Source: Zygnema circumcarinatum SAG 698-1b
Taxonomy: Eukaryota > Plantae > Zygnematophyceae
Assembly (NCBI GenBank): GCA_037447605.1
Contig: CM074805.1
Span: forward strand, 3,195,361-3,259,360
Direction: 5' to 3'
Length of the DNA: 64,000 nt
Shown here: positions 10,501 through 24,600 of the stretch, piece after piece
Layout: each line of letters opens with the position of its first letter
Numbering within the stretch: the first letter of the stretch is position 1
Program-made: the position numbers and the translations under genes
Notes under the pieces: model-generated
Told to the model about the DNA's origin: nothing
What the model saw: only the letters and a program-made list of their open reading frames with translations
Databases searched by the model: none

Positions 10501-13500
10501 GCATTCCCCTTTCATATGCCTACTGCAGGCCAATTTTTGCGTCATACTCAGCTCGCACCTTGTCTTCGTCCTTTCGGGAAGAAGGAACTCATCCAGACTG
10601 CCGGAATCCTTTATCTTCAAACAGCTCGCCAGGATTTTCGAAGCTATCTGCATCTCCAAATATCAGTGTTCTATTGAAAAGTAGAGCAGGTGTAACACAG
10701 CTGTTTGAGCTCTGTTCATGTTGTGCATGCGCACGTTTCTTCGAAAACTGCTTGGAGGCAAGCATTGTTGGAGACGGATGACATTGCAATAGCTACAAAA
10801 TCTTGCAAAACTGCAGTAACTTTGAAGTGATCTATTGACAAGCAAATGTTCAGCCTGTGGTTGACAGGGATGAAGACTTTGGTCTGGAGTATCACCAATT
10901 ACAATAGTGTGGCTAAGGGTATGCGAGAGGATGAGGTATTCTTGAATCCCAGCACTCCGTAAGACTGAAAACAACGTCTGCATTTTTCGTTTGGTTAGAG
11001 CTCTACCTATCAACCGAGTTGCTGGAATTGTCGGTCCAGAATTGTCGTTGCTTTGGGGAGGATTCCCTTGCATTTGTCTGAGTAACTGAATGCTATTTGC
11101 AGTGCTAACTGAACGTGGCATACTTGCAGGTGTTGCTGGCATTAGGAGTCCCAAAGAGTGGCCTTCCCTGTCTCACATTGTTCCGAGAGAAGGATGAGAA
11201 AGAGGATATGTTTGTCCACTTCGCCCACGTTTTTAGTGTGATGGAGCCTCGCAACTATATGGATGTTTTTTCTCTGACGATGCCATTCCTATTCCAGTGT
11301 CTTTTGTCCAATACAAATCTAGTCCAGGTGTGTGCATTTAATGCCTTTCTACCATTTGAAAACTGTTCGCGTGGAGTGGATCCACTGGTATAAGTCCTGT
11401 TCGGTTATCAAAAAATGGTTTCTCTCAGCAAACGGGGAAGTGCTAGTTTTTTCCCTGCTTCCGAGAAAAGTTTGCATCTTGCTGCTGTTAAAAGCAAGAT
11501 AACCATGGTGGATGCAAAGCTTCAACTTACCCGCATCTGTTTCGCTTAACTTCTGCCGATTGAGGCCCCATCCCCCTGGGCATGCTATCGTATTGCTTTA
11601 TGGTTTGGCAATGATGCAAGGGTTCAGGATGCACGAGGATGTGTATAAGCGAGATCGTACTTTTGTTTCTTTCAGATTTAAGCTGATACATGTATTGTTT
11701 AAAGTTAGAGATCTAAGATTTGTAGCTGGAGATTGTCCCGTTGGATTTTTTATAGGAATTCTTGTATATTCGTATAGTAACTCACTCGTCAATTGTCTTA
11801 CCAAAAAGCTTATGTTTCATGCGTTTGTCACGTTTTGCGTGTTTTCCCTTTACGGATCTTGGAGAGTGAATCTTTGGTTGTTTCCAAGGACCTGGCTGAA
11901 GTCTCTCGGCTCATGCCAACTTTGTGAAGAGATTGTCTGGAAATTGCGAACCTCAAGAGTTCAACATTGAAAGCTGCAAATTTTGCAAAACGGTTCGTAA
12001 GTGGGAAAGAGTGTTCTTTTGCTCACAGCCCCCTCCAACATTTGGACTCAACTGCCCTCTCCTTTTCCTCCTTTGTGGTTACGTACTTGCAGATCTTGTC
12101 AGCCCTCCTGCAGAACCAGAAAATGTCGAAGTATTTTGCAGAAGTGCTGGCACAGTTCCTTGTCTCTTCCAAAATGGATGTTCTGAAGAACCACGACAAG
12201 CCACAAGCGCAGCTTGTTTTGCAATTATTTCGCCACCTATTTGGAGCCCTTATCAAGTATCCTGCAGAGTGTGAACGGGTCCTGCAACCTCACGTTGCCA
12301 CCTTAATGGATGCCTGCATGAAGGCGGCAACAGAGTTGGAGAAGCCTTTGGGTTACTTGCAGTTGCTGAGAACAATGTTCCGTGCTCTCGGCAATTCAAA
12401 ATACGACTCTCTGTACAGAGAAATCATTCCCACATTGCAGCCGTGTCTCAATCTCTTGTTATCTCTTTTGGACGGTCCAACAGGCCAGGACATTCAGGAC
12501 CTCCTTGTTGAGCTCTGCCTCATCCTCCCCTCTCGCCTTTCCTCACTTTTGCCTCATTTAAAGAGCCTAATGAAACCCTTAGTTTTGGCTCTCAAATCCT
12601 CAGAAGAACTTGTAGTACTTGGTCTTAGGACTCTGGAATACTGGCTGGATAGCCTTACTCCTGAATTCTTGGAGCCCACCATGGCCTCAGTTCAAGCTGA
12701 GCTTCAGCTTACCCTCTGGACCCATCTGCGGCCCAAACCTTATCCTTATGGGCCCAAGGTGGCGGTGCTTCTGGGAAAGCTTGGGGGCCGGAATCGGCGT
12801 TTTCTAAAGGAGCCTTTGGAGTCGGAGTGTCGGGACAATCCTGAACACGGATTGCGATTGGTGCTCACATTCGAGCCGAATACAGGATTTTTGGTCCCCC
12901 TCGACCGATTGGTTCACCTGGCGGAAAAAGCAGTAATGCAGCCTGTACGTTTCCTACTGGCTACTCGTCTTCTCAGTGCTGATAGAAGAAAATGGTGTGA
13001 ATTGTTCGAATATCGGCCTGATGAGAATGTGCTGATGTACCCTTTTCGTCGTTTGGTACACTAAACATGGCCAGAACGAACTGGTAAGTGTCTCATGTAT
13101 TATATTTACGAGTAGAAGGTGTCCAGACGACATTGGCTGCTTGCAGTTTTCGTTGTGTCAATGAGCTTCAACAAGAAAATGGCGTTGCGTGAACAAACGA
13201 TGGAGCGTGGGATTGCAGGGTGCTATGGAGCTTCAATATCGCAGACAAGCCCTCAAATTCTTGCGAGTGTGCCTTGTAGCAGTGCTGAATTTGGGTGGGA
13301 ACATAACACCGCAGTTTAATGTAACACCAGGTCAGATTAGCACAGTATTGCTCTCCAATATCGACACAACGCGTCGTCAGCCGGAGCATGCAGCCAATCA
13401 CAAGGTGTGCCCCGCTGCCTTAATTGGTGGAGCCACTCGATTTCATCGCAAAAGTGTGTTGATAAGTTGATGCAGTCGGCGCATGCCGAGTTTTGAGATT

Positions 13501-16500
13501 GAAACTGTAAAGATCGTCATTATCATCATCGTCACCATCACCATCATCAGTGCCTCCTCTGTCAATTTCTGCGGTGTTTTCCTCCATCGTGCTCTGTTAG
13601 TCCCAAAGCATTTGTGCCTATGTCAGAGCATCATCTCTCTCTTTCCTGAGACAGCCTCGTTTTTGTTTTTCTCTCCCTTTTTTTTTTGCTTTTGTTTTTG
13701 GAGGGTGGTGGGGGGTGGGGGGGGGGGGGGGTGTGGGGGGTGGATGTGGGTCGGGGGTACAATACGCTGGTGTTAGAGTGATCTTGGAGTGAAGACAAAG
13801 ACTCAATTAATGGCAGAACGCAGTGTCTTCAAACTGCTGTTAATGGCAGTCATTTCTGCAAGCGCGGAGCCAGAGCTCACTGTAAGTCATTGCCTTCTGA
13901 ACTTCAATTCTCAAACTGCAAAGCTATCATCTTGGAAATGATTTCCTGTTACTTTGAACGTGCCGTTAGCAGTTGCATAAACTCCTGGTTGGTGCAGTCT
14001 TTCGTACCACTATTGTGAAGACTGACACGATTGACCCTCTGTAAACAGGAGGGCAGAGATGATTTCGTCATCAACATCTGTCGTCACTTTGCTATGCTTT
14101 TCCACATTGAAGCGAACGCCAACCAGCAGCTTCAAGCCACCGCTTCCGGATCGCCCCTTTCTGAGCGACCCCCTGCGGCTGCCCAGCCGGGAGCAGTGAG
14201 CTCTATTCGATCGGGGGGGGCGAAGGAGAAGCATGCTCAACTGCCAAACTTGAAGATTCTTGACCCTCACATTTTTATGGATGCTTTGGTGGCCGTATTG
14301 GCGTCTGAAAACAGAGCACATGCCAAGGCAGCTATTGTTGGCCTGAATGCTTTTGCCGAAACCTTGCTGCTTCTTGCTAGGTCAAAGCATTCTGGAATTC
14401 CGACTACTCCCCGGGGTGTGGGCACACCTGGAACACCCATGATGGTTTCTAGCCCATCGCTGAACCCTGTTCTATCCCCTCCGCCGGGAGTGAGGGTTCC
14501 TGTGTTAGAGCAACTACTGCCTCGCCTGCTTCACTGCTGCTATGGCGGTACATGGCAGGCTCAAATGGGAGGAGTTATGGGACTCGGCGCTTTGGTGGGA
14601 AAAGCACCTGTGGACACGCTCTGCCTCTTTCAGGTCAGCAATTCGGCGATGACAGGATTGGAGTGTAAAAATAGCCAGCATGAATGTGTTCTTCCTTTTC
14701 ATTTTCTCTTGTGCTCTCGTTTTCCTGAAGTTCGGGGAAAGGATCAGATTCCTACAGATTTTCTTGTGCAAGAGTATGTCCTTCATTTGATGTCATCTGT
14801 GTGAATTCAAGGGGACATCTTGTGGGCACCTTGTTGGAATCTATCATCATCGAACACTGCGTAAGCTAGAGGACCACGCCTCTCTTGTATGTTTTTTGAA
14901 GTCACGTTTATCTCTGCAGGGATTTGTAAAACATGTAATGATAGATCTGCGTTAGCCCTTTATGTGCTTCGCTTGGATAATTGTTGTCTCCAGTGATTCG
15001 TTAGCTTTGTGGGAGTGGTCATGTTGCCATCCGTCTACGCTATAGGCACAATGGAACGCACGGCATACACATACTCACCCTGTTTAGTTGTCTTGTGCAT
15101 ATGAAAGAAGGATCGTTATTCACGAGTCTTGTTCATTTCTATGTCATTATCACCAAGAGCCTATGTCACAAGTGCACACTAAGTTGACATTTATTATTGC
15201 ATATAGGCCAGATTTCAAAGTAATGCAATTCCTTTTACCAGATTTGATTGGCCTTGTTATCGACTTCGACCTTTATCCGTTTATTGCAATTTGCTTTGAT
15301 CAACTGACATATTAGCGCTTTTTGGACCATTGTTCCCTGAACCTTTCATGTTCTCTGAAAGATTTTCATTCGGCGATTCTACATTTTTTTCTAGCGTCAC
15401 AACAATAGCATCTAGGCCAAATCTTCTACTATCTCAGTTCGTTCACCCCTCCTTGTCAGACTTATTTTCTGACAACTTGTAGACTTCAGTAAAGTGGAAA
15501 CTAGCTCAACATGCATCTCAGTTCTGGACAGCATCATCTGTCTGTTGGAGCTTTTCACAGGTGAAGGCGGTTCGCGCTCTCCTATATGTGCTGAAAAGAC
15601 TTCCTCCCCATGCCAACAAAGAGCAGGAGGAGACAGCACAAGTCCTAACGCAGGTCCTACGAGTAGTGAACAATGTCGACCAGGCAGGAGATGACCAGCG
15701 GAAAGCATCTTTCCAGGGAGTGTTGGATGTGCTCGCCACTGAACTCTTCAACCCTGCTGCTCCGCAGACAGTGCGCCGGAATGTGCAGTCATGCCTTAGT
15801 CTCTTGGGTTCAAGGACAGGCAGTGAAGTGTCGGAACTTTTGGAGAAAGTGCATGGTCCACTCCTTCAACCCCTTGTCAGCCGTTCGCTCAGACTGCGTC
15901 CGATTGAACACCAGGTGCTTTGTTTACTACTTTTCGTCAATCTAGTCTGTAAGGGGAGCTTCGTCAGTGTTGTTGAAGAAAATGTCTACGCGAGTTTGTG
16001 GAATGAGAACATGCCCATCTTACCTGTAGCGGTATTTTTGAGTCGTTGGAGTATTCCACCTGACGACGATGGCTTATTTGTTTCAGGTTGGCACGGTGAT
16101 GGCGCTGAACTATTGCTTATCACTACGCCCCCCATTGCTACGAATCACTCCTGAACTCATGCAGCTCCTTCAGGAAGCTCTGAGTTTGTCGGAGACAGAT
16201 GAGAGCATGCTTCAGAGCAAGCACATGGCTGCAAAGCAGGCTGCCCTCCTCACCAAGCTCCGTACTGCTTGCATCGAACTGCTCTGCACAGCGATGGCAT
16301 GGGCCGACCTGAAGCATCCCACTCATGCCGAATTGCGGTCGAGGGTGATAGCCATGTTCTTCAAGTCCCTCACATGCCGAACTCCAGAAATTGTGGCTGT
16401 GGCCAAAGAAGGTCTGCGTCAGGTGAGGCTGCCGTCTTCCCTCTTCCTCTTGCCTCAGTGACAGGAATGGCGAATCTTTGAATCCCCTGCAGAGGCTTTC

Positions 16501-19500
16501 ATTGGACATAAAAGCCTATACTGGCTATGCTTATGAGGAAAAAATGGACACACTTATGCTCTCCTTATGTTACTGATCCTTCCCTTTTGTTGGAAACTGC
16601 GTGATTGCTTCGTTCATAGGATGCATGATTGCTTTGTTCGTAGGGTGTTTCACATTGATCTTGACCAATAAACTTAAGGAATACTCACGATTGGGTTCGT
16701 ACAACTTTGAGGCAAGCACGTGATCAATGGATGAAACAAGTGCATGTAGTGCTGAATTCTGAAAGGAAATTTACTGAATGGAAGACCTATGTCTATGAAA
16801 TGTCTGGTGACAGGTTATCAACCAGCAGAAAATGCCGAAGGAGCTCTTGCAGAGTAGTCTTAGGCCCATCTTGGTGAACCTTGCAAACCACAAAAACCTC
16901 ACTATGCCTCTGCTGCAAGGACTGGCTCGCCTGCTTGAGCTTCTTGCCAATTGGTTCAATGTCACACTTGGAGACAAGCTGAAAGACCACCTCCGCAAAT
17001 GGCTTGAACCCGAAAAGCTCGCTCAACAGCAGCCCAAGGCGTGGAAGGCGGGGGAGGAACCGAAGATTGCAGCCGGTATGTCTAGGAGCCCTGTTCTGCA
17101 TAAGTGCCATGTTTGAATACAGAAAGCGGACCTTTGAAGAGTTATGGAGTTTGCGACCGAGGGAGGAATTGCAGCTGGCATATTGGGGAGATTTGAATGT
17201 CGGGCTCGAATTCCTAGTCTGTTTCCGTGCAAAAGTTAACTCCGGTTTGGGGATCCTCCTATAGTGGGCTTTTAAATTTTCAATCGGTAGTCCAGATTTG
17301 CAAGGCTATACTTGCATCCGAGATTCTTGGAAACTGACATTCATTCGAGCTTTTATCCGCTTTTGCAGCTATAATCGAGCTATTCCATCTGCTGCCTCCC
17401 GCAGCTTCAAAGTTTCTGGATGAGCTGGTAGTGTTGACTATTCAGCTGGAAGGAGCCCTTCCAAGTGGCAGCGTGTACAGCGAGCTCAATTCTCCGTACC
17501 GCCTCCCGCTCACAAAGTTCCTCAACCGCTACGCCGCCGATGCGGTCGACTACTTCCTTGAACGTCTGACCATGCAACCTTATTTCCGGAGGTAATTTTT
17601 TTCGTCAGATCGTTAAATTGTCGGATTGTCATGTCAGATCCATTCACTGCATAATGTGCATTTCTCTTTGGGGTCTCAGACTTCATGTTCTGAGGTGCAC
17701 ATGAGTTCTTTATGCTTTTTATTCTTCGAATGTTGCGTTGTTTTCACTTGAAGTTTTGTTTTCTTGTGTGTTCTTGGCACACGTTTTGAATGATCACTCA
17801 TTCGCACTCTCCATCGTGCTGTTAGCCAGTGACAGAAAGTACAACTTCTGGGATTTTTCCCAGCAAAAAAATTTCATTGTTTTTTAGCTTAAGCAGGAAG
17901 GTTAGCGCACCTCGTACTGACCCCCTCTGTGTATTGCATTTGCAGGTTTCTTGATATTATCCGTTCTGATGTCGGGCAGCCATTGAGAGAGGAGCTCATG
18001 CGCTCAGTAGATAAGATTATTGTCAAGGCTTTTTCCACTCCTCCGATGGCAGGCGGCGCGGAGGAGGCATCGATGGCCTTGGCATTGGCCAATGGAGGAG
18101 ATGGCTACCTCAGCCGTACACACCGTAAGTGCCATTGCAGAACTCTTCGTTTCAAACTTGATTATGGTAGATGCAGTATATCATTTGGGAGACAGGCTAA
18201 TTAAAGTGCTTCAGTCCTGTATATGATATGAATTCACTTTATTCAAATTAAAGGTACTGGTTTTCGCTTCATTATCCGTGGAACTATTTTGCCGTAAAAC
18301 CTGAATTAGATTCTCATACACAAGTGTTCTGGTGACCTCCTCTCCTGGTGACCATTCCGTGGTCATGGCCAACTGAATACCTTGTAGAGTAACTTTAACT
18401 CGTTAGACATCGCAAGACTTCCTACAGTCTCAAGGGGTCCAGAAGGTTATCATTGTCAGATTGCAAATGGTGAGATTTTGTAGAGTTGGTATTTAGTTGA
18501 GCTTTCCATAGATAAGCTAAGGAAATTTGTCAACTTAGCATGATTTAAGTGCAGCAGCTTTAATAAAATTAACTGGACGAGAAGAAGAGAAACAGGAAGA
18601 GAAGACGAGAGAAGTTGCAGAGTAGCCGAGACTAGACGGAAAGAAAACCAGACAGATAGGAGATCAGAGAAGTTCGAGAGAAGATTGACGTAGTTTCTGT
18701 AGTTTTTCTTATCCCTTTTTTACCTGCAGCATTTCCTTATTACAGAGTGCTTAGCTGAAGAACCCACTTGCCAGAGCAAACCAAAACCAAACTCAGCTAT
18801 GGCTGTGCGCTTTGCAGAGCTCGCAGGAGTAGAGCTTGTCGCCGCCCTGGTGAAGCTGCAGCCCGAGTGGCTCTCCGGGCAGCGCCCTCTCTTTGAAGCT
18901 CTTGTTCGCATCTGGCGGTCGCCCGCACGGGCCCAACGGCTGCGGAATGAGCAGGAGCTGCCTTTGCATCTGGTGGGTCATCCGCACTGCATGCATCCGG
19001 TTGGGATATGGAGTCCTGTCTTTGGAAGGAAAGGTGTCCGGCCCTCTCTGCAATGGAGTGATTGATGGTCGTAGCGAGTAAAACAGTTGGAGGTGACATG
19101 GAATCGCAGGAAGATCTTGTTGGGAATACTGTTGAGTAATCCTAAACGAGAAATCGATGAAGGATGGGACTTCGTAGCACATGATGTTGGAGCCGTCTTT
19201 TTTATCCTGTTTCAATTTGGCGTCATTTTCTGTTGAATTGGAAACTGCACGTATTGGAACCATAGCCAGGACCTGAAGAAAGCCATGCATCACAATCGAT
19301 TGATGGTTACGAATTGGAAAGGGAAGTGCCGCAGCGATTTGAGGAGGTGAATTGTGGCCAAATGAATGCAGGTGAAGGAAAGCAAGCTGATGGTTAAGTG
19401 CTTCTTGAGCTATCTTCAGTACAAGCGCAGTGAGGTGGATGTGCTCTTTGACATGCTCTCCATCTTCTTGACACGTACTCGTGTCGATTTTACCTTTCTG

Positions 19501-21626
19501 AAGGAGTTCTTCATGATCAAAGTGAGTACCATCTGTTTAGTGGAGCTTGATCCTTTTAGAAACAAGATAGCTTATTTTGCCAATGGTGCAGTGAATTGAG
19601 CTTTCTCGTTACCTTTTGGGTAGAAGCAATTATATCTGTATGGTGTTCCGAAGTGATGTACAGACACTATGTTGCCATCATTTTGTAGAATATCTACGTT
19701 GTTTCGAGGAGTATCCTAGTTGCCTCGCAGCGCTTCCATGTTGTGTTGTATTGTGTTGTGTTTTTTATCGTTAGGATGCACACTGTGTTATTGATCCCTG
19801 TCTTTTGGCACTTGTGCAGCTACCAGAGACGTATTCGGCGGAGGAGAAGAAGGCCGTGCTGAGCCGCTTCTTGGTTCTGTTTCAGAGCAGAGCTCTCGTG
19901 CAGGAGCACCGCGTGGCCGCTCTGCAGCTGCTCGTCATGCCGCTGCTCAGCGCCGCCTTTGAGCAGGGGCAGGGCCGGGACGTGCTTGTGGGCAGCGACG
20001 GGGCCATCGTCAGAACCATTGTGGAGCAGCTGCTAGACCCCCCAGAGAATGTATGTCCCCACTGCTTTGGATACTCACATTTGTGTGTTTGGATTGTGAA
20101 AGACGTCGTTTATACACGGTTTACCTTTGTAGCTTGCTGTTCTGCAATCGCACCTTGGAATGTTCTCAACTGCTTTGTGCTGCTTGACGTGCAGGTGACT
20201 GGAGAGTATGACGAGGCTCTTCGGATAGAGCTGTTACAGCTGGCAACCCTCCTTATCCGGCAGTTGCCTGGAGAGCTGAAGCAGCATCGGAAAGAGCTCA
20301 TTAAATTTGGGTGGAATCATTTAAAGCGTGAGGAGGCGGCCTCGAAACCATGGGCTTTTGTTAATGTTTGCCACTTCTTGGATTCGTATCAAGCACCTGA
20401 GAAGATTATTCTGCAGGTGGGTTTCAATAGATTTCTAGGTTTTCCATAACCAACACATTTCTGAGATGTATCACGGAGGTAAACCTAGTTTTGGTAGCAT
20501 TCCTCGTCCCCATGCTCATTCTTCATTTATCATACACCTGACGAGTTGTCGACAGGTCCTCATGTCGTTTCTCAGGGCTTTTCACTTGCATTAGTTGTCT
20601 TACAGGTAATGCCACCGTTTGCGTGCTGTCGTCCCCCACACCATATGTAGACTTGCAGATGTCCCCTGCTTGAGCAGGATGAGAATGTAAGAGTGAATTG
20701 ATGTTATAGGCTTGTGAATTTGAACCCTTGCTGAAAGGTCCCATATGGTATGGCAGGTTTTTGTGGCCCTGCTGCGAGCCTGCCAGGCCGAGACTCGGAC
20801 GCTGGTGAAGCAAGCTTTGGACGTCCTAATGCCCGCTCTTCCAAGGCGTCTGCCGCTGGTCGATGCAAGGATACACATTTGGATTCGTTATACGAAGAAA
20901 ATCCTGGTTGAGGAAGGGCATTCTCTGCCCCATCTAGTACACATCTTCCAGATTGTTGTGCGTCATGCAGATCTTTTTTATTCGTCACGCGGGCAGTTTG
21001 TCCCGCAGATGGTCAACTCCCTCCAGCGTCTCGGGCTTCCACCCAATTCACCAACAGAGAATCGTAGACTAGCAATTGACCTAGCAGGTCTTGTGGTTGC
21101 ATGGGAAGAAAGGAGGCAGAGGGAGGTTCAAGCAGCTGCAGATGGAGGTCAAGGTGGACCTGGGCAGGATAGTAATGTCCAAGCAGAAAGATTAGGCAGT
21201 GGGGGAGACGGAGGAGAGGGTGGAGGTGGCAGCATTGCTGCGATTGGTGAGAAGAGGACAGCAGAAATGGCAGGAATTGATGCTTCAGCAGAGGACATGT
21301 CAAAGCGTGTGAAGGTTGAGGCAGGAGCAGTACCTTCTTCGGCCGCCCCTTCTCAGAGTCAGTGGGGGGCTTCTGGAGGGCCGTCTATGCGGGTCCCATC
21401 TGTAGGTGGGGGGACAGAGGATGACTTCAAGCCAAACTCAGGAATGGAGGAAATGATCATCAGTTTTCTGGTTAGAGTCCTTTTTGTGGTGGAACCCAAG
21501 GATAGAGAAAGTAAAGAGACATATAGACAAGCCCTTGTCTTATTAGGTCGAGCTTTAGAAGTGTGGCCAGGGGTGAGCATGAAAATTGGCTATGTAGAAC
21601 GCCTTATTGCACAGAACCAACAGCAG

Positions 21627-21658
<32 letters not shown>

Positions 21659-24600
21659 GCAACAACAACAACAACAACAGCAGCAGGTGAGTTGGTGTCA
21701 GCAAGCCATTATTGGTCTTGGCCGGACTGTCAAAGGTGTGACATTTCTGTTTATGTCAGATAATTGGACTTATCCTCGTGAATGGACTATGACAAATGAT
21801 TGTGATGGATTTCATTGTGCAGCAGCAGGGGACGGCTTCGGCCGGAGGCCGGGAGGCATGGCACGCGCTTGCCACGGGTCTTGATGTGATGCATGTGGGC
21901 TTGGAGAAGCAGCCACAAGCTTTTATTCGTACCAACTTGTCGCTAATTGTTCAGGTGAAAAGCCTTCGAAGCGAACCCTCATGCAATGGAATAGTCAAGA
22001 GCCGATTTTGTCTCCAAACTTGCGATATGTCTTCCCAGTACCCTGTCAGCTTCTTGATCCCTAGAGTTGTGCCCTCTGTCAGTATAAATATGCTACAGAT
22101 GAATGTCCATATTTGGAGGAAACTACAGGGTTTGGTTGCAGGCTCTTGTCCACAGTATTCGGGTCCTGGCAATGAGATGCACCGTGTTGTCTATGGCTCT
22201 GACTGCAGGTATTGGAGCCCTGCTTCATCTGTCGAACGCAAGAAGTAGTGAAGTCATTTTGCGAAGTTTTGACGATGGCCCTCTCTGCTTTCCCAAGCAA
22301 TGACCCAGCCAACCCACCCCCTCCAGAATTAAGAGTACTTCATCAAAAGCTTGAAGAGCAGCTTCAGAAGGCCCTTATGGCTGCAACTGCATTGCCTCCA
22401 TCGCCTGCAACAGCTGCTGCCGGAAATCCGCCTCCGCCGGTAGCTGTGATGGATGTAAAGAATGCAAACGCACTCATTGCATGTGCCCTGCATGTGGTCC
22501 AAACCCTGTCCGAGGTGGGACTCACATCGGTTGTGGACAAGCAGTTGGCCCTAATTGCACGCGCAATCAACAGACTCCAATTAGAGTTCAAGGGGGCAGA
22601 GGCCAAGGCCGGTCGACAGGTAATTCGTCCCCCTTTAACTCTCATTCTGGAACAAATTCATGCTGTAAGCCTTGTTTCGTAGCCTAGTACAGTCTTATTC
22701 TAATTGCAAGCTTATCAGGCTTTCTGTTTTGATCCGCTATTTAAGGCTTTCAAATATGTTTGACATGTGGGATATCAAATGATAATATTTGGAATTGGAA
22801 TGCAGAAGCCTGATGCATCTGAGACATCCTCGGCCGGCACAGAATTTGGCAGCACTGTTGGCAATGTGAAGATTGCGCTAAAGCTTCTGAGCAGGCGAGT
22901 TCTCCACGTGGAACATGTGCGGAAACAGTACGGATCTGCACTGCTCAGTTTGCTTGTGGAGACAGGCATGAATGGCGCCATACTGCTCACTGTTCTTGAC
23001 ATTCTACGCGATTGGGTGGAAAACGATTTCAGGTAAGACGTCACCATAAGCACCATAAGCTGCTTTAGCGGATACCATTCTGCGGATCTCTTTGTGGGTC
23101 ATAAGCATGCAATAGCATCTCTAACTGGCTTCAACGGTGGCGTCTGCTTCACGTCAATGTTAATGAAGCTTTGCGTGTCGAAAGGCACATTCCTTCATGC
23201 AAATGAAAATGACAAGTCAATCTGCTATTGACTTTTGACTTTTCGAATAGGGTGGTCATGCTGAATAAAAGTCGCAAATGCCTGTCCAGAGGAACACCGG
23301 CCGGAGTGATAAAGCCACAAGACATGATTACTTTTCTGCACAAAATGGCTGTAGCGGATCGAAGCGGCTGCACGCCGAGTATGGAGGAAGAGCTCGAGGA
23401 TAAGCTCTTGCGTCTCATCCATCGACTATGTTCTGACCCCATGTACTTTATATTTATACTTTTGAAAGTGTTTTGACACCTTGTGGATTGCCAAGTTTTT
23501 CAGCCCAAACTATCTCAGACTAGGATGCCAAACTGTCGAACTTTCAATTCTGTGCTAGGGAGTCGTCCTCTCTATTCTTGAGTATTGAAGGCGCCATTTC
23601 TAATTTGCTTACCTTGGCAAATCGACCTCTTTTTTTTATCAGATTCCCTCCACAAGTACGCCAAGAAGTATTCTTGAAAGTGGAGCGTGCTCGCATGTTA
23701 GGCATATGTGCAACCAAGCCGGAACTTCGCAACATGTTTTTTTCTCTTTACCACGAGCAAATCCAACGCACTTTATTCCAGCGTCTCCAATACATCATCA
23801 GCGGGCAGGACTGGGAGGCCCTTGCCGGCAGCTTCTGGATAAAGCAGGCCCTTGATGTGCTACTCGCCATTCTTGTGGAGAGTGAGCCGATCACTATGGC
23901 CCCAAATGCAGCACAGCTTCTCCCTCTCATGGCTTCTGGGGGAGTCCTGGACAGACCGGGCATGCAGCTGCCCCCCCACGCAGAGGGAGCCGAAGTGGGG
24001 GAGGGTTTACCTCCAGCCCCGCTATCTTTCGTGACTTTGGTGAATCAGCATGCACGGTTTCTCAACGATATGCGGCGATTGAATGTGAGTTTATTTTTTG
24101 AGGCCGACAAGGGACAAGGGAGTCTGAAGGGATATTGTCCTCTGTGAGTCTTTTCCATGGGTGGCTATATTGGCTGGAATTGACAACCATTCAACCCTGG
24201 CTTGCTTTACTGATCAAGAGATGGAGGAGATGTTGGTCGAGAGTCTTTGTGTGTCAGCCAGTTGGTTAATGTTAGAGTATGTATTGAGTGGTGTAAGCGT
24301 TTTTCTCCTTCCCACACAAAACTGAGGTCGAAAGGGTCCCCTTTGGGATTAACGACCTTATTATGTACGGACTGTTAGTGCTGGACAATTGATTCAACCA
24401 TGTTATTATTTTTATGTTTGTTCAATAGCGGCCTGACGTCATGGACTCCTTTCCAGCAGTCAGCAAATGGGTTCTTTTGATCTCCGTGCCTGTACTTTTG
24501 CTGAAACCGAGTAAGAAACTGCTGTCTTCGCTACGAATTGCAACTAAATCTCGTTGGTGTGCTGTGGACATCTCTTCTGAGCTAATCAACCTCGCAACCA

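Noticed and set aside
10663-11154. 163-aa antisense ORF within TRRAP
   Set aside because: It crosses introns and exons of the sense gene and has no motif; most likely a shadow ORF.
18575-18695. Purine-rich, T-poor intronic stretch
   Set aside because: Low-complexity GA sequence with no periodic unit or element boundaries.
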